Below are positions 1 to 7,802 of a stretch of 16,186 nucleotides of DNA, piece by piece. The position numbers and the translations under genes are program-made. Each line of letters begins with the position of its first letter. Position 1 is the first letter of the stretch. The stretch covers positions 1 through 16,186 of the forward strand of contig CAVXXK010000002.1 in the NCBI GenBank assembly GCA_963765675.1. The letters run 5' to 3'. Below the pieces are notes generated by a model, which saw only the letters and a list, made by a program, of their open reading frames with translations, ran no database searches and was not told the origin of the DNA. This stretch comes from an uncultured delta proteobacterium (GTDB taxonomy: Bacteria > Desulfobacterota > Binatia > Binatales > Binataceae).

Positions 1-45
1 GTCGGCGCTCAACGTTGGCCCTCGTGAATATGATTCTCAGACCTT

Positions 46-91
46 TGGTGGGCCGTTGGAGACTCGAACTCCAGACCCGCTGATTAAGAGT
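46..91 (-). tRNA. 3' fragment of tRNA-Lys(CTT), anticodon loop to CCA; probable att scar
   Basis: Reverse complement reads ACTCTTAATCAGCGGGTCTGGAGTTCGAGTCTCCAACGGCCCACCA: CTT anticodon loop, T arm with TTCGA, acceptor strand and CCA. No D arm or 5' acceptor strand upstream. Confidence 0.88.
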
Positions 92-245
92 GAGTCGTGG
101 GGCGACCACCATCGATCACGACGCAACAACATCCGCGAGAAATGGGCGTTTTGTTCGAATCGAGGTCGGTGGTGATCGGTCCTTTTCGGTACTGATCGGC
201 AGTCGTTTGGCAGCGATCTGAGCGGTGCTCGATCTCTCCTGACCT

Positions 246-304
246 ATGCCGGAATTGGCGTAACGTTCAACCGGCACGCGGTTACCCACGGAGGATTTTA
301 AGTC
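246..304 (-). pseudogene. Degenerate 3' fragment of tRNA-Leu(TAA); old att scar
   Basis: Minus strand GACTTAAAATCCTCCGTGGGTAACCGCGTGCCGGTTGAAC gives a TAA anticodon loop, a long variable arm and a decayed T arm. Shares GAGGATTTTAAGTC with the 4200-4257 fragment. Confidence 0.65.
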
Positions 305-362
305 GTTTAACTATAACAAAAACGCTTTGTTTTATTGGCTTTATTTCCATCAAATGTGAAAG

Positions 363-383
363 TGTGTAAGTTTCTGTGTAAGT
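363..383 (+). repeat. Direct repeat pair TGTGTAAGT, candidate integrase arm-type sites
   Basis: TGTGTAAGT at 363-371 and 375-383, about 60 bp inside the Leu scar in AT-rich DNA. Function inferred from position. Confidence 0.45.
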
Positions 384-601
384 ATTGAAAAAAGCCCAAC
401 AATATCGGGCATCTTCACCTCTGTCGTTTTGAAGGATTTTCGTCGCATCCGTAATTTCCGATTGTTTTTCGGTCTTTTTTTGGGGGGCAGTTTCGTGGCA
501 TTCCGGTCATACTCCGGTCAGAACGGGCGCGGTGGCTGAAGAGCTTCTCGAGTCTCTGCTCAAGCCGGAACGGCGGGCCGTGGGCGGCGTCGGCATCGGA
601 T

Positions 602-3600
602 TTAGTCGCCAGCGCCCGCCTGCTTGTTGCTCATAAGCGAGCGCAGACCAAACGCAAGATCCTGCTCGGTGAGAACATCAGGAGATGCGTCACTCTCGGC
701 CGCCAACCGCCGAGCTTCAGCGCGTAACGCAAACTCCAGAAATGTCCTGACGTCTCTGCCATTCGACCAGTTTGGCGCGCCCGTTAAGGTTTCGAAAATA
801 TTTGTCAGTTGCTGGCCGGCCTCCGTGCTGAGTTCAAGTTTCTCGTCGACGATCATTCGCTTGAAAATCTCTGAACATTCCAGAGCGGTGTAGTCCGGAA
901 ACTGGATCAAGTTTGTGAAGCGAGATCGAAGGCCCGGATTGGAATTCAGGAAGTTGCGCATTTCTTTGTCGTAGCCGGCGGCGATCACGACCAGCCTGCC
1001 GCGATTGTCTTCCATGAACTTCAGAAGAGTTTCAATCGCCTCTCTGCCGAAGTCGCTGGCTCCGATATCATTTCCAACAGCCAGACTGTATGCCTCATCT
1101 ATGAAAAGGGTGCCGCCTAGCGCACGTTCCAGAGCCTCGCGGGTTTTAATGGCCGTTTGCCCTATGTAGCCCGCCACCAATGATCCCCGGTCAACTTCGA
1201 TGACCTGATCGCTCGGAAGATAACCAGCCTCTTTGAAGATTCGTCCCATGATGCGGGCAACGGTGGTTTTGCCGGTCCCCGGACTGCCCATCATCACGAA
1301 ATAAGGCTGCAATGCATCACGCGGATCTCGGCCCCGCAGTTTGGCAAGTCTGATCAGGGCCTCATATTCACGGACCGTTTCCTTGATCGCATCAAGCCCG
1401 ATCAGCCGATTCAACTCATCGGCGCTTGTTCGCACTTCAACAGTCGGTCCAAGAAGGTCGGGCCGTTCGAGTCGAATCAGAGTCTCTTTCACCAGAGCCG
1501 AGCCGGAACGTCGCAGCGTATCGAGGCGCGCTGCCTGGCGCCGAATGGCTTGCTCGAGAAGATTCCGCACCGCGCGTGCGTTACCGAAATACTTGCCGAC
1601 GCGTTCGCGCGCTAGCACGTCTACAGCCGCGGCAAGATCATCTTCGGAGATCGAATAGCTCCTTTCGCTGGCCATCGCGGCGAGAATGCTCTTGAGCTGA
1701 TCGTTCGAATAGTCTTCGAAGACGAGGCGTTCTCCGAACCTGCTCTTGAATCCCGGATTAGTCTCCAATAGCGCATCCAGTCGATCCGGATAGCCCGCCA
1801 GGATTACGACTAAATCGTCTCGATGGTCCTCCATGAACTTGAGAAGGGTGTCGATACACTCCTGCCCGAACCAATCTTGCTCGTCGTGCTTGAGCGAATA
1901 GGCCTCGTCTATGAACAAGACGCCACCCAAGCTCCCTTTCAAAACTTTCAAGGTTTTTTCGGCCGTCTGGCCCAAGAAACCAGCGACAAGAGTGCTGCGG
2001 TCAGCCTCAACCAAATGTCCTTTCGTCAGATAGCCATACTCGCGCAGCATCTGCGCATAGACGCGAGCGACCGTAGTTTTGCCCGTTCCCGGATTACCAA
2101 CGAACACGGCGTGCAGCGAGAGTCTCGAGACGAGGAGCCCAGCCGTCTTTCTTTCCGCATTGATTGCCAACAAACTCCGGATTTCGTTGAGCGATTGCTT
2201 GACCGAGTCGAGCCCTACCATGTCGGCGAGAGCGGGTGTGTCGGCTTCCGATTGGGCCGACGAACTGGCAACCGGAGGCGATTGCGTCTCCGTTTCATCC
2301 GCATTCTCGTCAGTCTGTGCACCTTCCTCGGTATCTGCCAAATGCCATATTGCGATCGCTCCCGATTCTCGGTGGTGAGCGATTTGGAAGGACGACCCGG
2401 ACGCTCCGAGCTGTCGCTGTGCCTGTCGAGCAACCCGCCGTGCTTCTCGCAGCTGGGCGTCGAACACACCGTCCCATATGTCCTGACGTCCTTTCAGCAG
2501 CTTGACTCGTTCCCTCTTGTTCCGCCCAGCTTCAACCATCTGGGCATCGATCTCTGAAAGATGCTTATAAACAGAGTCACCCGGATGGCAGATCATTAAG
2601 AGCTTACTTCCTCCGATAGGCACCCTCTTTAACTCGTCTGCTGTTAACTGAACGACGTCTGCACCTGTGCAGTCGCCGGGCACTTTGAGCACCAACGGGC
2701 CATCAGCGACGACTACAAATCCGCCGGTGTCGAGCGGCGTATATCGAGTGGTGTCGATGCCAGCCGTCTTACGGTTCTTAAGAAACCGTGACTTATCGAG
2801 ATCATCTTCCCGCTCGCGCCTTCCGATGGAAACTGTGTAATAATACCAAGCGGCAAGATCACGAATTGACATCAAGGTCTCGTCATTGAGGAGCTGGGGC
2901 AAACTGGGTGCTCTATCGAGTACTACGGTGTGAGCGCTTCTAGCTTGTTCCTTTGCCTCGTCTATGAAATCCAAAAGCCGAGAGTGAAGGCCAACTAGTG
3001 CGTTCGCTACTGAATGAAATATCTCTTCTAGGAAATTTCCTCCATCCCTTCGACGCACTTCATACAAAGCGGTGTCTATGGACTCAACTCCGCGCTCATG
3101 AACACGCTCAAGCGTACACCGCTCGAGCTGCCTAAGTGTTTCTTCGGAAATTGCGCGCTGGCGCTCACTAGGGTTTTGCAAGCGCATGGAGAACTCTTTA
3201 TCATCCTTCGCCAGTTGGTCGAGTTTAGGTTGTCCCCATGCCGCCCGCGATTGTTTCCATTCTTTAACTCGCTGCTTCGGCCAGATGAGCCAGGGTCGGA
3301 CACCTATAAAGAACAACTGTGGATGGATGTCGTAGCCGCGCACAATCTTAAGTGACGACAGTACGGCATCCAGCGCTCCAACCGCCATAGAGGTCGCGTT
3401 CCGCAATTGTTCGAGATTCTGGAGAGATGAATATTGCGACGCAAAAGCAATAGTATCTAAGACGTCTTGGCAATCCTCGATAACTCCCGCAGCGAAGGCC
3501 GCGTCTAGTATCCTGACAGCGTACTCCAACGCATCGGATGTAGCAGTTTTGTAAATTTCGTCCCGGCCGGTGAGGAAGGCGGTCGGGTCGTCAAGCGATG

Positions 3601-3619
3601 CGAGTAAGCGACGGAACAC
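602..3619 (-). CDS. Tandem AAA+ ATPase, SpoVK/CbbX/EccA-like, with unrecognised ~430-aa N-terminal region
   Basis: Two AAA modules: HAVFVGNPGTGKTTVAR / LFIDEAYSL / GFKSRF / FGNARAVRN, and MGSPGTGKTTVAR / LFIDEAYSL / NPGLRSRF / SNGRDVR. An acidic linker precedes module 1. Start is uncertain because the frame stays open about 40 codons upstream of the GTG. Confidence 0.92.
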   Translation of the reverse strand: MFRRLLASLDDPTAFLTGRDEIYKTATSDALEYAVRILDAAFAAGVIEDCQDVLDTIAFASQYSSLQNLEQLRNATSMAVGALDAVLSSLKIVRGYDIHPQLFFIGVRPWLIWPKQRVKEWKQSRAAWGQPKLDQLAKDDKEFSMRLQNPSERQRAISEETLRQLERCTLERVHERGVESIDTALYEVRRRDGGNFLEEIFHSVANALVGLHSRLLDFIDEAKEQARSAHTVVLDRAPSLPQLLNDETLMSIRDLAAWYYYTVSIGRREREDDLDKSRFLKNRKTAGIDTTRYTPLDTGGFVVVADGPLVLKVPGDCTGADVVQLTADELKRVPIGGSKLLMICHPGDSVYKHLSEIDAQMVEAGRNKRERVKLLKGRQDIWDGVFDAQLREARRVARQAQRQLGASGSSFQIAHHRESGAIAIWHLADTEEGAQTDENADETETQSPPVASSSAQSEADTPALADMVGLDSVKQSLNEIRSLLAINAERKTAGLLVSRLSLHAVFVGNPGTGKTTVARVYAQMLREYGYLTKGHLVEADRSTLVAGFLGQTAEKTLKVLKGSLGGVLFIDEAYSLKHDEQDWFGQECIDTLLKFMEDHRDDLVVILAGYPDRLDALLETNPGFKSRFGERLVFEDYSNDQLKSILAAMASERSYSISEDDLAAAVDVLARERVGKYFGNARAVRNLLEQAIRRQAARLDTLRRSGSALVKETLIRLERPDLLGPTVEVRTSADELNRLIGLDAIKETVREYEALIRLAKLRGRDPRDALQPYFVMMGSPGTGKTTVARIMGRIFKEAGYLPSDQVIEVDRGSLVAGYIGQTAIKTREALERALGGTLFIDEAYSLAVGNDIGASDFGREAIETLLKFMEDNRGRLVVIAAGYDKEMRNFLNSNPGLRSRFTNLIQFPDYTALECSEIFKRMIVDEKLELSTEAGQQLTNIFETLTGAPNWSNGRDVRTFLEFALRAEARRLAAESDASPDVLTEQDLAFGLRSLMSNKQAGAGD

Positions 3620-3982
3620 TTCGCGGCTCTCGTCCGCAATAGTCGGCGAAAATCTGTAAACTGGAATTTGCGTTTTAACTCTCCGATTGTCGCTCCTCGT
3701 ATAGATCGGGCAGTCAGTTCGCGCAAGGTTGGACGTCAGTTATGGTCCACGATCTTTCCAACGGTGCCAAGAGAAGCCAAGGTTGCGTCTGATGGCTTCA
3801 TCGCCGTCTGGAGCAGCGTAGCTGATACGCGGTCAGAAAAATAACGGGCGCCCTGCGGCGCTGACAGGGAGTGTGGGTTGGCGGGCATGTGCCGCCCATC
3901 AATTGTCTGAGATGCGAACGGTGCCATCCTCGGCGCCGGGGTGGCCGCATGGTGTCCCGCTTTTTCCCGGCTCAAGGAAGCT

Positions 3983-4036
3983 TGGTGCGGGCGGAGGGAC
4001 TCGAACCCTCACGAGCCGTTAAGCTCAACGGATTTT
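3983..4036 (-). tRNA. 3' exon of an intron-containing tRNA-Leu(U^AA); 5' exon absent
   Basis: Minus strand AAAATCCGTTGAGCTTAACGGCTCGTGAGGGTTCGAGTCCCTCCGCCCGCACCA begins right after the first anticodon base, with long variable arm, T arm and CCA. Confidence 0.88.
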
Positions 4037-4174
4037 CATACCGTCTACGGCTTTCGCCGCCCGGACACGGCGCTTTGACACGGCCGCGTCAGGTTTGCGG
4101 TCTGGACTATCCCTTCACCGTCCCCCGGAAAATCCGGGGCTTAGGTGCTGCCCGTCTAGTCTCTACACCTTCCC
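4037..4174 (-). ncRNA. 3' portion of a group I self-splicing intron (bacterial tRNA type), 5'-truncated
   Basis: Minus strand shows GAAGGTGTAGAGACTAGACGGG (4172-4151; J6/7, P7, P3'), P8 CACC...GGTG with a CCCCGGA/TCCGGGG hairpin, GAAGGGATAGTCC (4116-4104; J8/7, P7'), a CGGC-GAAA-GCCG GNRA hairpin (4059-4048) and a terminal G at 4037 abutting the exon. P1-P5 not found. Confidence 0.88.
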
Positions 4175-4199
4175 AGCTAGTTTGCTCGACGAAGTGAAA

Positions 4200-4257
4200 T
4201 GCCGGGGGCGGGACTCGAACCCGCACGGAACTTTCGCTCCAGAGGATTTTAAGTCCC
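4200..4257 (-). tRNA. Intron-less 3' fragment of tRNA-Leu(TAA); probable att scar
   Basis: Minus strand GGGACTTAAAATCCTCTGGAGCGAAAGTTCCGTGCGGGTTCGAGTCCCGCCCCCGGCA. No CCA and no contiguous 5' half. Confidence 0.85.
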
Positions 4258-4703
4258 TTAAGTTTACCCCCGCCGCCGCTTTCTCGCGCGCCGTCATCGC
4301 CGAATCGCGCCGCAAATCGGGCATCGACTGCCGCTTCGCTGCCAGTTTCGCCTCAACCCCCCGCTCGATAGAGACTCCCGGCTGAAGGATTCCGCGCCAA
4401 AGTGCCGGACTATTTCGCCTTCAAAGTCGCTCGTGCTGACGCGCAGTCAGCGGATCGAGCGAAAGCGGCACCACTTGCCGGAGACCCAGTGCAGACTCAG
4501 CCTTTTTCCCAGCAGCATTCTTCGGTGTTGGCAAGGAACGCCAAAGTCCCCTCCGAAAAATCGAAACAGAGAGAATCTTGCCAAATGGCCCCACATCGTA
4601 GTCAATGGACATTTCTCTGTGGGACTTTGGCCTCAGAAAACGCCGTGCACGCGGGCATTTCGCGACGCAGACCGCAATTTTCTCTGCTTCGGAGACTCGG
4701 GTG

Positions 4704-4790
4704 CGGAGGGGGTGGGATTCGAACCCACGAGGGACTTTCATCCCTGCCGGTTTTCAAGACCGGTGCCTTCAACCGCTCGGCCACCCCTCC
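4704..4790 (-). tRNA. tRNA-Ser(TGA), complete cloverleaf, CCA not encoded
   Basis: Acceptor GGAGGGG/CCCCTCC with discriminator G; D arm GCC...GGC; anticodon arm CCGGT-CTTGAAA-ACCGG; variable arm AGGGAT-GAAA-GTCCCT; T arm GTGGG-TTCGAAT-CCCAC. Confidence 0.96.
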
Positions 4791-4800
4791 AAGCCTTATA

Positions 4801-4813
4801 AATCAAGCACTTA
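4801..4813 (+). promoter_or_regulatory. IHF-binding consensus in att arm
   Basis: AATCAAGCACTTA matches WATCAANNNNTTR exactly. It lies between the tRNA and the arm-type repeats and overlaps the integrase stop codon. Confidence 0.6.
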
Positions 4814-6065
4814 CGCGATTCCGAGCCGCCGCGACAGGCTTTGACCTTCCACTTTTCTTCCACTTCCGCCGGGTTCCGGAAGAAACGCCCAGAGCTTGCT
4901 CAGCCAACCGGTCCGCCGCTCCCGTCTCCGCGTCCTTGAAAAAGTGCGAATACACCCGGAGCGTGATCGCCGGCGACGCGTGGCCTAAGCGATGCTGTAC
5001 CTCTGTGATTGGTGCGCCGGCCGCGATCATTGCGCTCGCGCACGAATGGCGGAGCGAGTGGAAAGTGACCTGCAGCAGCTCAGCGCGCCGTAGGGCCGGA
5101 TGGAGCCCGCATTTAAGAATCCGATCGCGACACGCCGGCTGCCCGTCGTCACCCGGGAACACCAAATCGAGATCTGATGGCGAGCATTGAATCTTCCACG
5201 CTTTGAGCATCGAGACCATCGCAGGTGCGATCGTGATCCAGCGCGTCCCCGCCTCCGTCTTAGGTGGGTAAAAGCGTGGCCGTACAGGTTCCTTGGGATC
5301 GACACGCGCCCGTGACATAGTCCGCTCGACGTGTATCTTACCGCGACTGCCATCAGCGGCATCGAACTCGATATTGCCCCATTGGAGCGCCAGCAGCTCG
5401 CCCGAACGCATACCCGTCACAAACGCCATCGTAAACAGCGTCCGGTAATAACCCGGCGTTGCGGCATCCAGCATCAAGCGCACCTGGCTCGGGCTAAGCA
5501 CGCTGTCCGGTTTTACGCTGTCGCCATCGCGCGCACCGTCCTCGCCCGGTACGAGCTCGCGCGTCGCCTTGAACGCGGGCTCGATGTCAGCAACGGGGTT
5601 GCTCACCGCTTGATGACGTCGAATCGCAGCACGAAACACCGCGCCGGCGATCCGAACGATCGTATTGATCGTCCGCGGTGCATACTCTTGCGCGCGCAAA
5701 TCGTTGCGAAGCGATTCAATCATTCCAACACTGATATGATTCAGCCGCAGGGCGCCGAACCGCGGTAGTAGGTGCTTGTCCAGGCGCGATCGCAAGTCCG
5801 CCACGTGAGACGCGCGACGATCGGTCTTCGACGCGTACCAGGTCTCGGCCGCGGCCTTGAACGTCGGAATCTCCTCAGGCGCAACATATTCGCCACGGCG
5901 AACTTTGACTTGCGTGTCAGCGCGGTGTTGCTCCGCTTTCCCCTTCGTCTTGAACTGCAGCATACGGCGCGGCCCCTTGACGCCCAGCGGCCGATAATCC
6001 AGTCGCCAAGGGCACTTACAATCGCCGCCCGCGCAATCGGTTCGGTGGATACGTTTGATCGCCAC
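4803..6065 (-). CDS. int: Tyrosine recombinase / phage integrase (~420 aa)
   Basis: Catalytic set R (TGMRSGELLAL), K (PPKT), HxxR (FHSLRH), LGH and Y (RVYSH). Start placed at GTG 6065, which has a GGAGG RBS and overlaps the upstream stop (TAGTG). Confidence 0.96.
   Translation of the reverse strand: MAIKRIHRTDCAGGDCKCPWRLDYRPLGVKGPRRMLQFKTKGKAEQHRADTQVKVRRGEYVAPEEIPTFKAAAETWYASKTDRRASHVADLRSRLDKHLLPRFGALRLNHISVGMIESLRNDLRAQEYAPRTINTIVRIAGAVFRAAIRRHQAVSNPVADIEPAFKATRELVPGEDGARDGDSVKPDSVLSPSQVRLMLDAATPGYYRTLFTMAFVTGMRSGELLALQWGNIEFDAADGSRGKIHVERTMSRARVDPKEPVRPRFYPPKTEAGTRWITIAPAMVSMLKAWKIQCSPSDLDLVFPGDDGQPACRDRILKCGLHPALRRAELLQVTFHSLRHSCASAMIAAGAPITEVQHRLGHASPAITLRVYSHFFKDAETGAADRLAEQALGVSSGTRRKWKKSGRSKPVAAARNRVSA
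4846..4865 (+). repeat. Arm-type direct repeats CTTCCACTT x2
   Basis: Copies at 4846-4854 and 4857-4865 inside the integrase 3' end. The same core and spacing recur at 16077/16088. Confidence 0.6.
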
Positions 6066-6250
6066 TATCGTTCCCTCCTCTCGTCCTGTGCCACGAGCGT
6101 CAACAGCAACCGCGCCGCGCTCTCGCGGATCGCCATCTGGCCTGTCTCCCACCGCGCAACAGATACGCGCGAAACACCGATCCGCTGCGCTAGCTCAGCC
6201 TGCGTGAGTCCCATGCGTTTACGAAGTCGCTGTATTTCCTTGCCAGTCAT
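6065..6250 (-). CDS. Xre/Cro-family HTH regulator (61 aa)
   Basis: IQRLRKRMGLTQAELAQRIGVSRVSVARWETG is a canonical HTH_3 pattern. Stop overlaps the int start. Confidence 0.92.
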   Translation of the reverse strand: MTGKEIQRLRKRMGLTQAELAQRIGVSRVSVARWETGQMAIRESAARLLLTLVAQDERRER

Positions 6251-6258
6251 TGTAGCGT

Positions 6259-6287
6259 AGCGTAACAGGAACGTCGGCAAGAGTCAA
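6259..6287 (-). promoter_or_regulatory. Sigma70-like promoter for xre-int, near-leaderless
   Basis: TTGACT (6287-6282), 17-nt spacer, TGn-TACGCT (6264-6259), 8 nt before ATG 6250. No RBS. Confidence 0.55.
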
Positions 6288-6302
6288 ACGGAACGCGGGC
6301 GC

Positions 6303-6526
6303 GGTTTAGGTACTTTAGCCACTTTACTGCTTGGGCTTATAGCTTCGTAACTTTTCGCGGCGTATTACTATCCGCGCGCGCGACTTACATAGAAGATACT
6401 TTAGGTGGTTTAGGTGGTATTTTTTTATATTATTGGACGTGGTGTGGCTGATCCCTCAAAAACGCATTTCACATATCCCTAAGCAGTAAAGCACCTAAGA
6501 TACCTAATCCACAGCCGCGAACCTAA
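6303..6526. repeat. 9-bp-phased iteron-like repeats in inverted arrangement around an AT-rich core; candidate origin
   Basis: TTTA at 6305/6314/6323, TTTAGGTGG at 6400/6409, inverted TAA units at 6487/6496/6505. 6303-6335 is an imperfect inverted repeat of 6478-6510 (26/33 by hand alignment). AT run at 6419-6434. Confidence 0.6.
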
Positions 6527-6727
6527 GAAGCCGCCCTCTTGGCACAACCGTTGCTGTCGCGGATATCAAAAGTCAGAAACCCCCTGAGCAGCGGCGCAAT
6601 CCCGCGATCCCTGGGCATCACATTCGATGCTCAGCTCGCGGCGCGGTTTGGCCGCGATATGGATGGCAGGTGGATGCCACATCGCTAAGGGCGTGATATT
6701 ATTAGGCTTTTAGCTATACTCCGGTTG

Positions 6728-7288
6728 TCATAACCGGTGCGTGAGTGCAGATCGTCTAGAATAACCTTTGTAAATTAGAGGTTTTTTCTGGCGCGCACGC
6801 GAGCGATCGGGCCGGGCGCGCAATCGTGCGGCGGCCTTCTTGATCTGCTCGATCTGTTTGGCGCTCGCGCCTTTTAACGATCCAGGGTCCGGCTTTTTCC
6901 CGAACGTGTAAGTTCGTAGTGATAGGATCGACGAGATATCGTCCTTGGTCGTGGGTCGCCGCGTCGCGCGCGGTAGGGCGTAGCTTGCCGGTATGACGCG
7001 CGCCACGGCAAGGCCGGCGGCCGTCAGGTTAGCGCTCACCCCTCCGGCGCCGCGATTCCAGATCGAAGCACCTGGGCGAACGTACTGGCGGACGATAACA
7101 ACCAAGTGCCGGCGCACGAGCGCGCGAACCGAGCGGCTGATGGCGGCCCTGGCAATTCGCAGTTCCGGGAAGGCGGCGCGGGGCAAGTGGTAAAATTTCC
7201 GGATGATCTCGCCATACCTCACCTCGCCTCCGCGTTCTGCGGCGCGCCGCAAAATGTAACGCTGCAAGTCGCTAAGCGTTTTTGCCAC
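6728..7288 (-). CDS. Basic hypothetical protein with winged-helix (MarR-like) N-terminal domain
   Basis: LSDLQRYILRR...ISRSVRALVRRHLV...LTAAG pattern. Start GTG 7288 lies 6 nt after TTGACG-17-AATACT. Confidence 0.6.
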   Translation of the reverse strand: MAKTLSDLQRYILRRAAERGGEVRYGEIIRKFYHLPRAAFPELRIARAAISRSVRALVRRHLVVIVRQYVRPGASIWNRGAGGVSANLTAAGLAVARVIPASYALPRATRRPTTKDDISSILSLRTYTFGKKPDPGSLKGASAKQIEQIKKAAARLRARPDRSRARQKKPLIYKGYSRRSALTHRL

Positions 7289-7457
7289 GCGCACAGTATT
7301 AACCGATAAGCGCGTGCCGTCAACGCCAGTAGCGAAAAACACATACGTAAAAGTTAGGTACGCGAAACTGAGGTATTATATTCGCGTGTGGAATCGAATT
7401 GTAAAAGTCGCGCGCGCGGATCAGGCACGCCGCCGGTGTGCCTCTATATTTCCCGTG

Positions 7458-7797
7458 GTGAGCCGAGTTGTAAATCAGGTGAGTGGTGGTGCGGATGGCA
7501 GGTCTTCCGATCCTTCGTGGGTTGATCAACTTCCGACGGAACAAATTCCGAAGGCGCTGGTTCAATTGGCCGGGTTGCACTGCCGACTAGCGGCGCGCTT
7601 GGCTATGGCGCCGCAGCCCGGTGTCGCATCCGCGGACGCCCTGGTTGAACGCGCCCACGCTCGCAAAGCGGTTGGGCGTTCCCGAGTCACACGTTCGCAT
7701 GCTGCAGCGCGCAGGCACGATCCCGAGCGTACGGGTCGGCGCGAAATATATTCGTTTCAGTATCGCAGCAGTCGCGGCGGCGTTGAAGGCGGTTTGA
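7458..7797 (+). CDS. Excisionase-like HTH_17 protein, one frameshift at ~7643-7644
   Basis: Removing one G joins ...IPKALVQLAGLHCRLAARL...DAL to LNAPTLAKRLGVPESHVRMLQRAGTIPSVRVGAKYIRF...LKAV* (TGA 7795-7797). The HTH part is not in the ORF track. Start is 7458 or 7479. Confidence 0.72.
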
Positions 7798-7802
7798 CGC
7801 GG

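Larger units (their letters stand above)
305..3982. mobile_element. Integrase-less island remnant bounded by tRNA-Leu(TAA) 3' fragments, carrying a single AAA+ ATPase gene
   Basis: Same-orientation Leu-TAA 3' fragments at 246-304 and 3983-4036 flank one large gene. Confidence 0.45.

Noticed and set aside
624-3355. Plus-strand and alternate-frame ORFs inside the ATPase gene
   Set aside because: Shadow ORFs of a well-supported GC-rich gene.
3736-3738. In-frame TGA between two short ORFs as selenocysteine or readthrough
   Set aside because: No SECIS-like hairpin or redox motif is evident, and that frame is not the ATPase frame.
4339-4352. GGCGAAACTGGCAG (minus strand) as the D arm of a tRNA-Leu 5' half
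   Set aside because: It lies about 80 bp from the anticodon stem with no correctly spaced acceptor strand. It is better explained as a CTGCC repeat pair or chance.
3871-5190. ORFs overlapping the tRNA and intron region (3871, 4095, 4402, 4421, 4433, 4602, 4605)
   Set aside because: They are translations of tRNA, intron or antisense integrase sequence (e.g. GFEP, GLEP, RDSNP) with no protein motifs.
6066-6152. N-terminal extension of the integrase in the ORF track
   Set aside because: It overlaps the xre gene; GTG 6065 has a GGAGG RBS and stop-start coupling.
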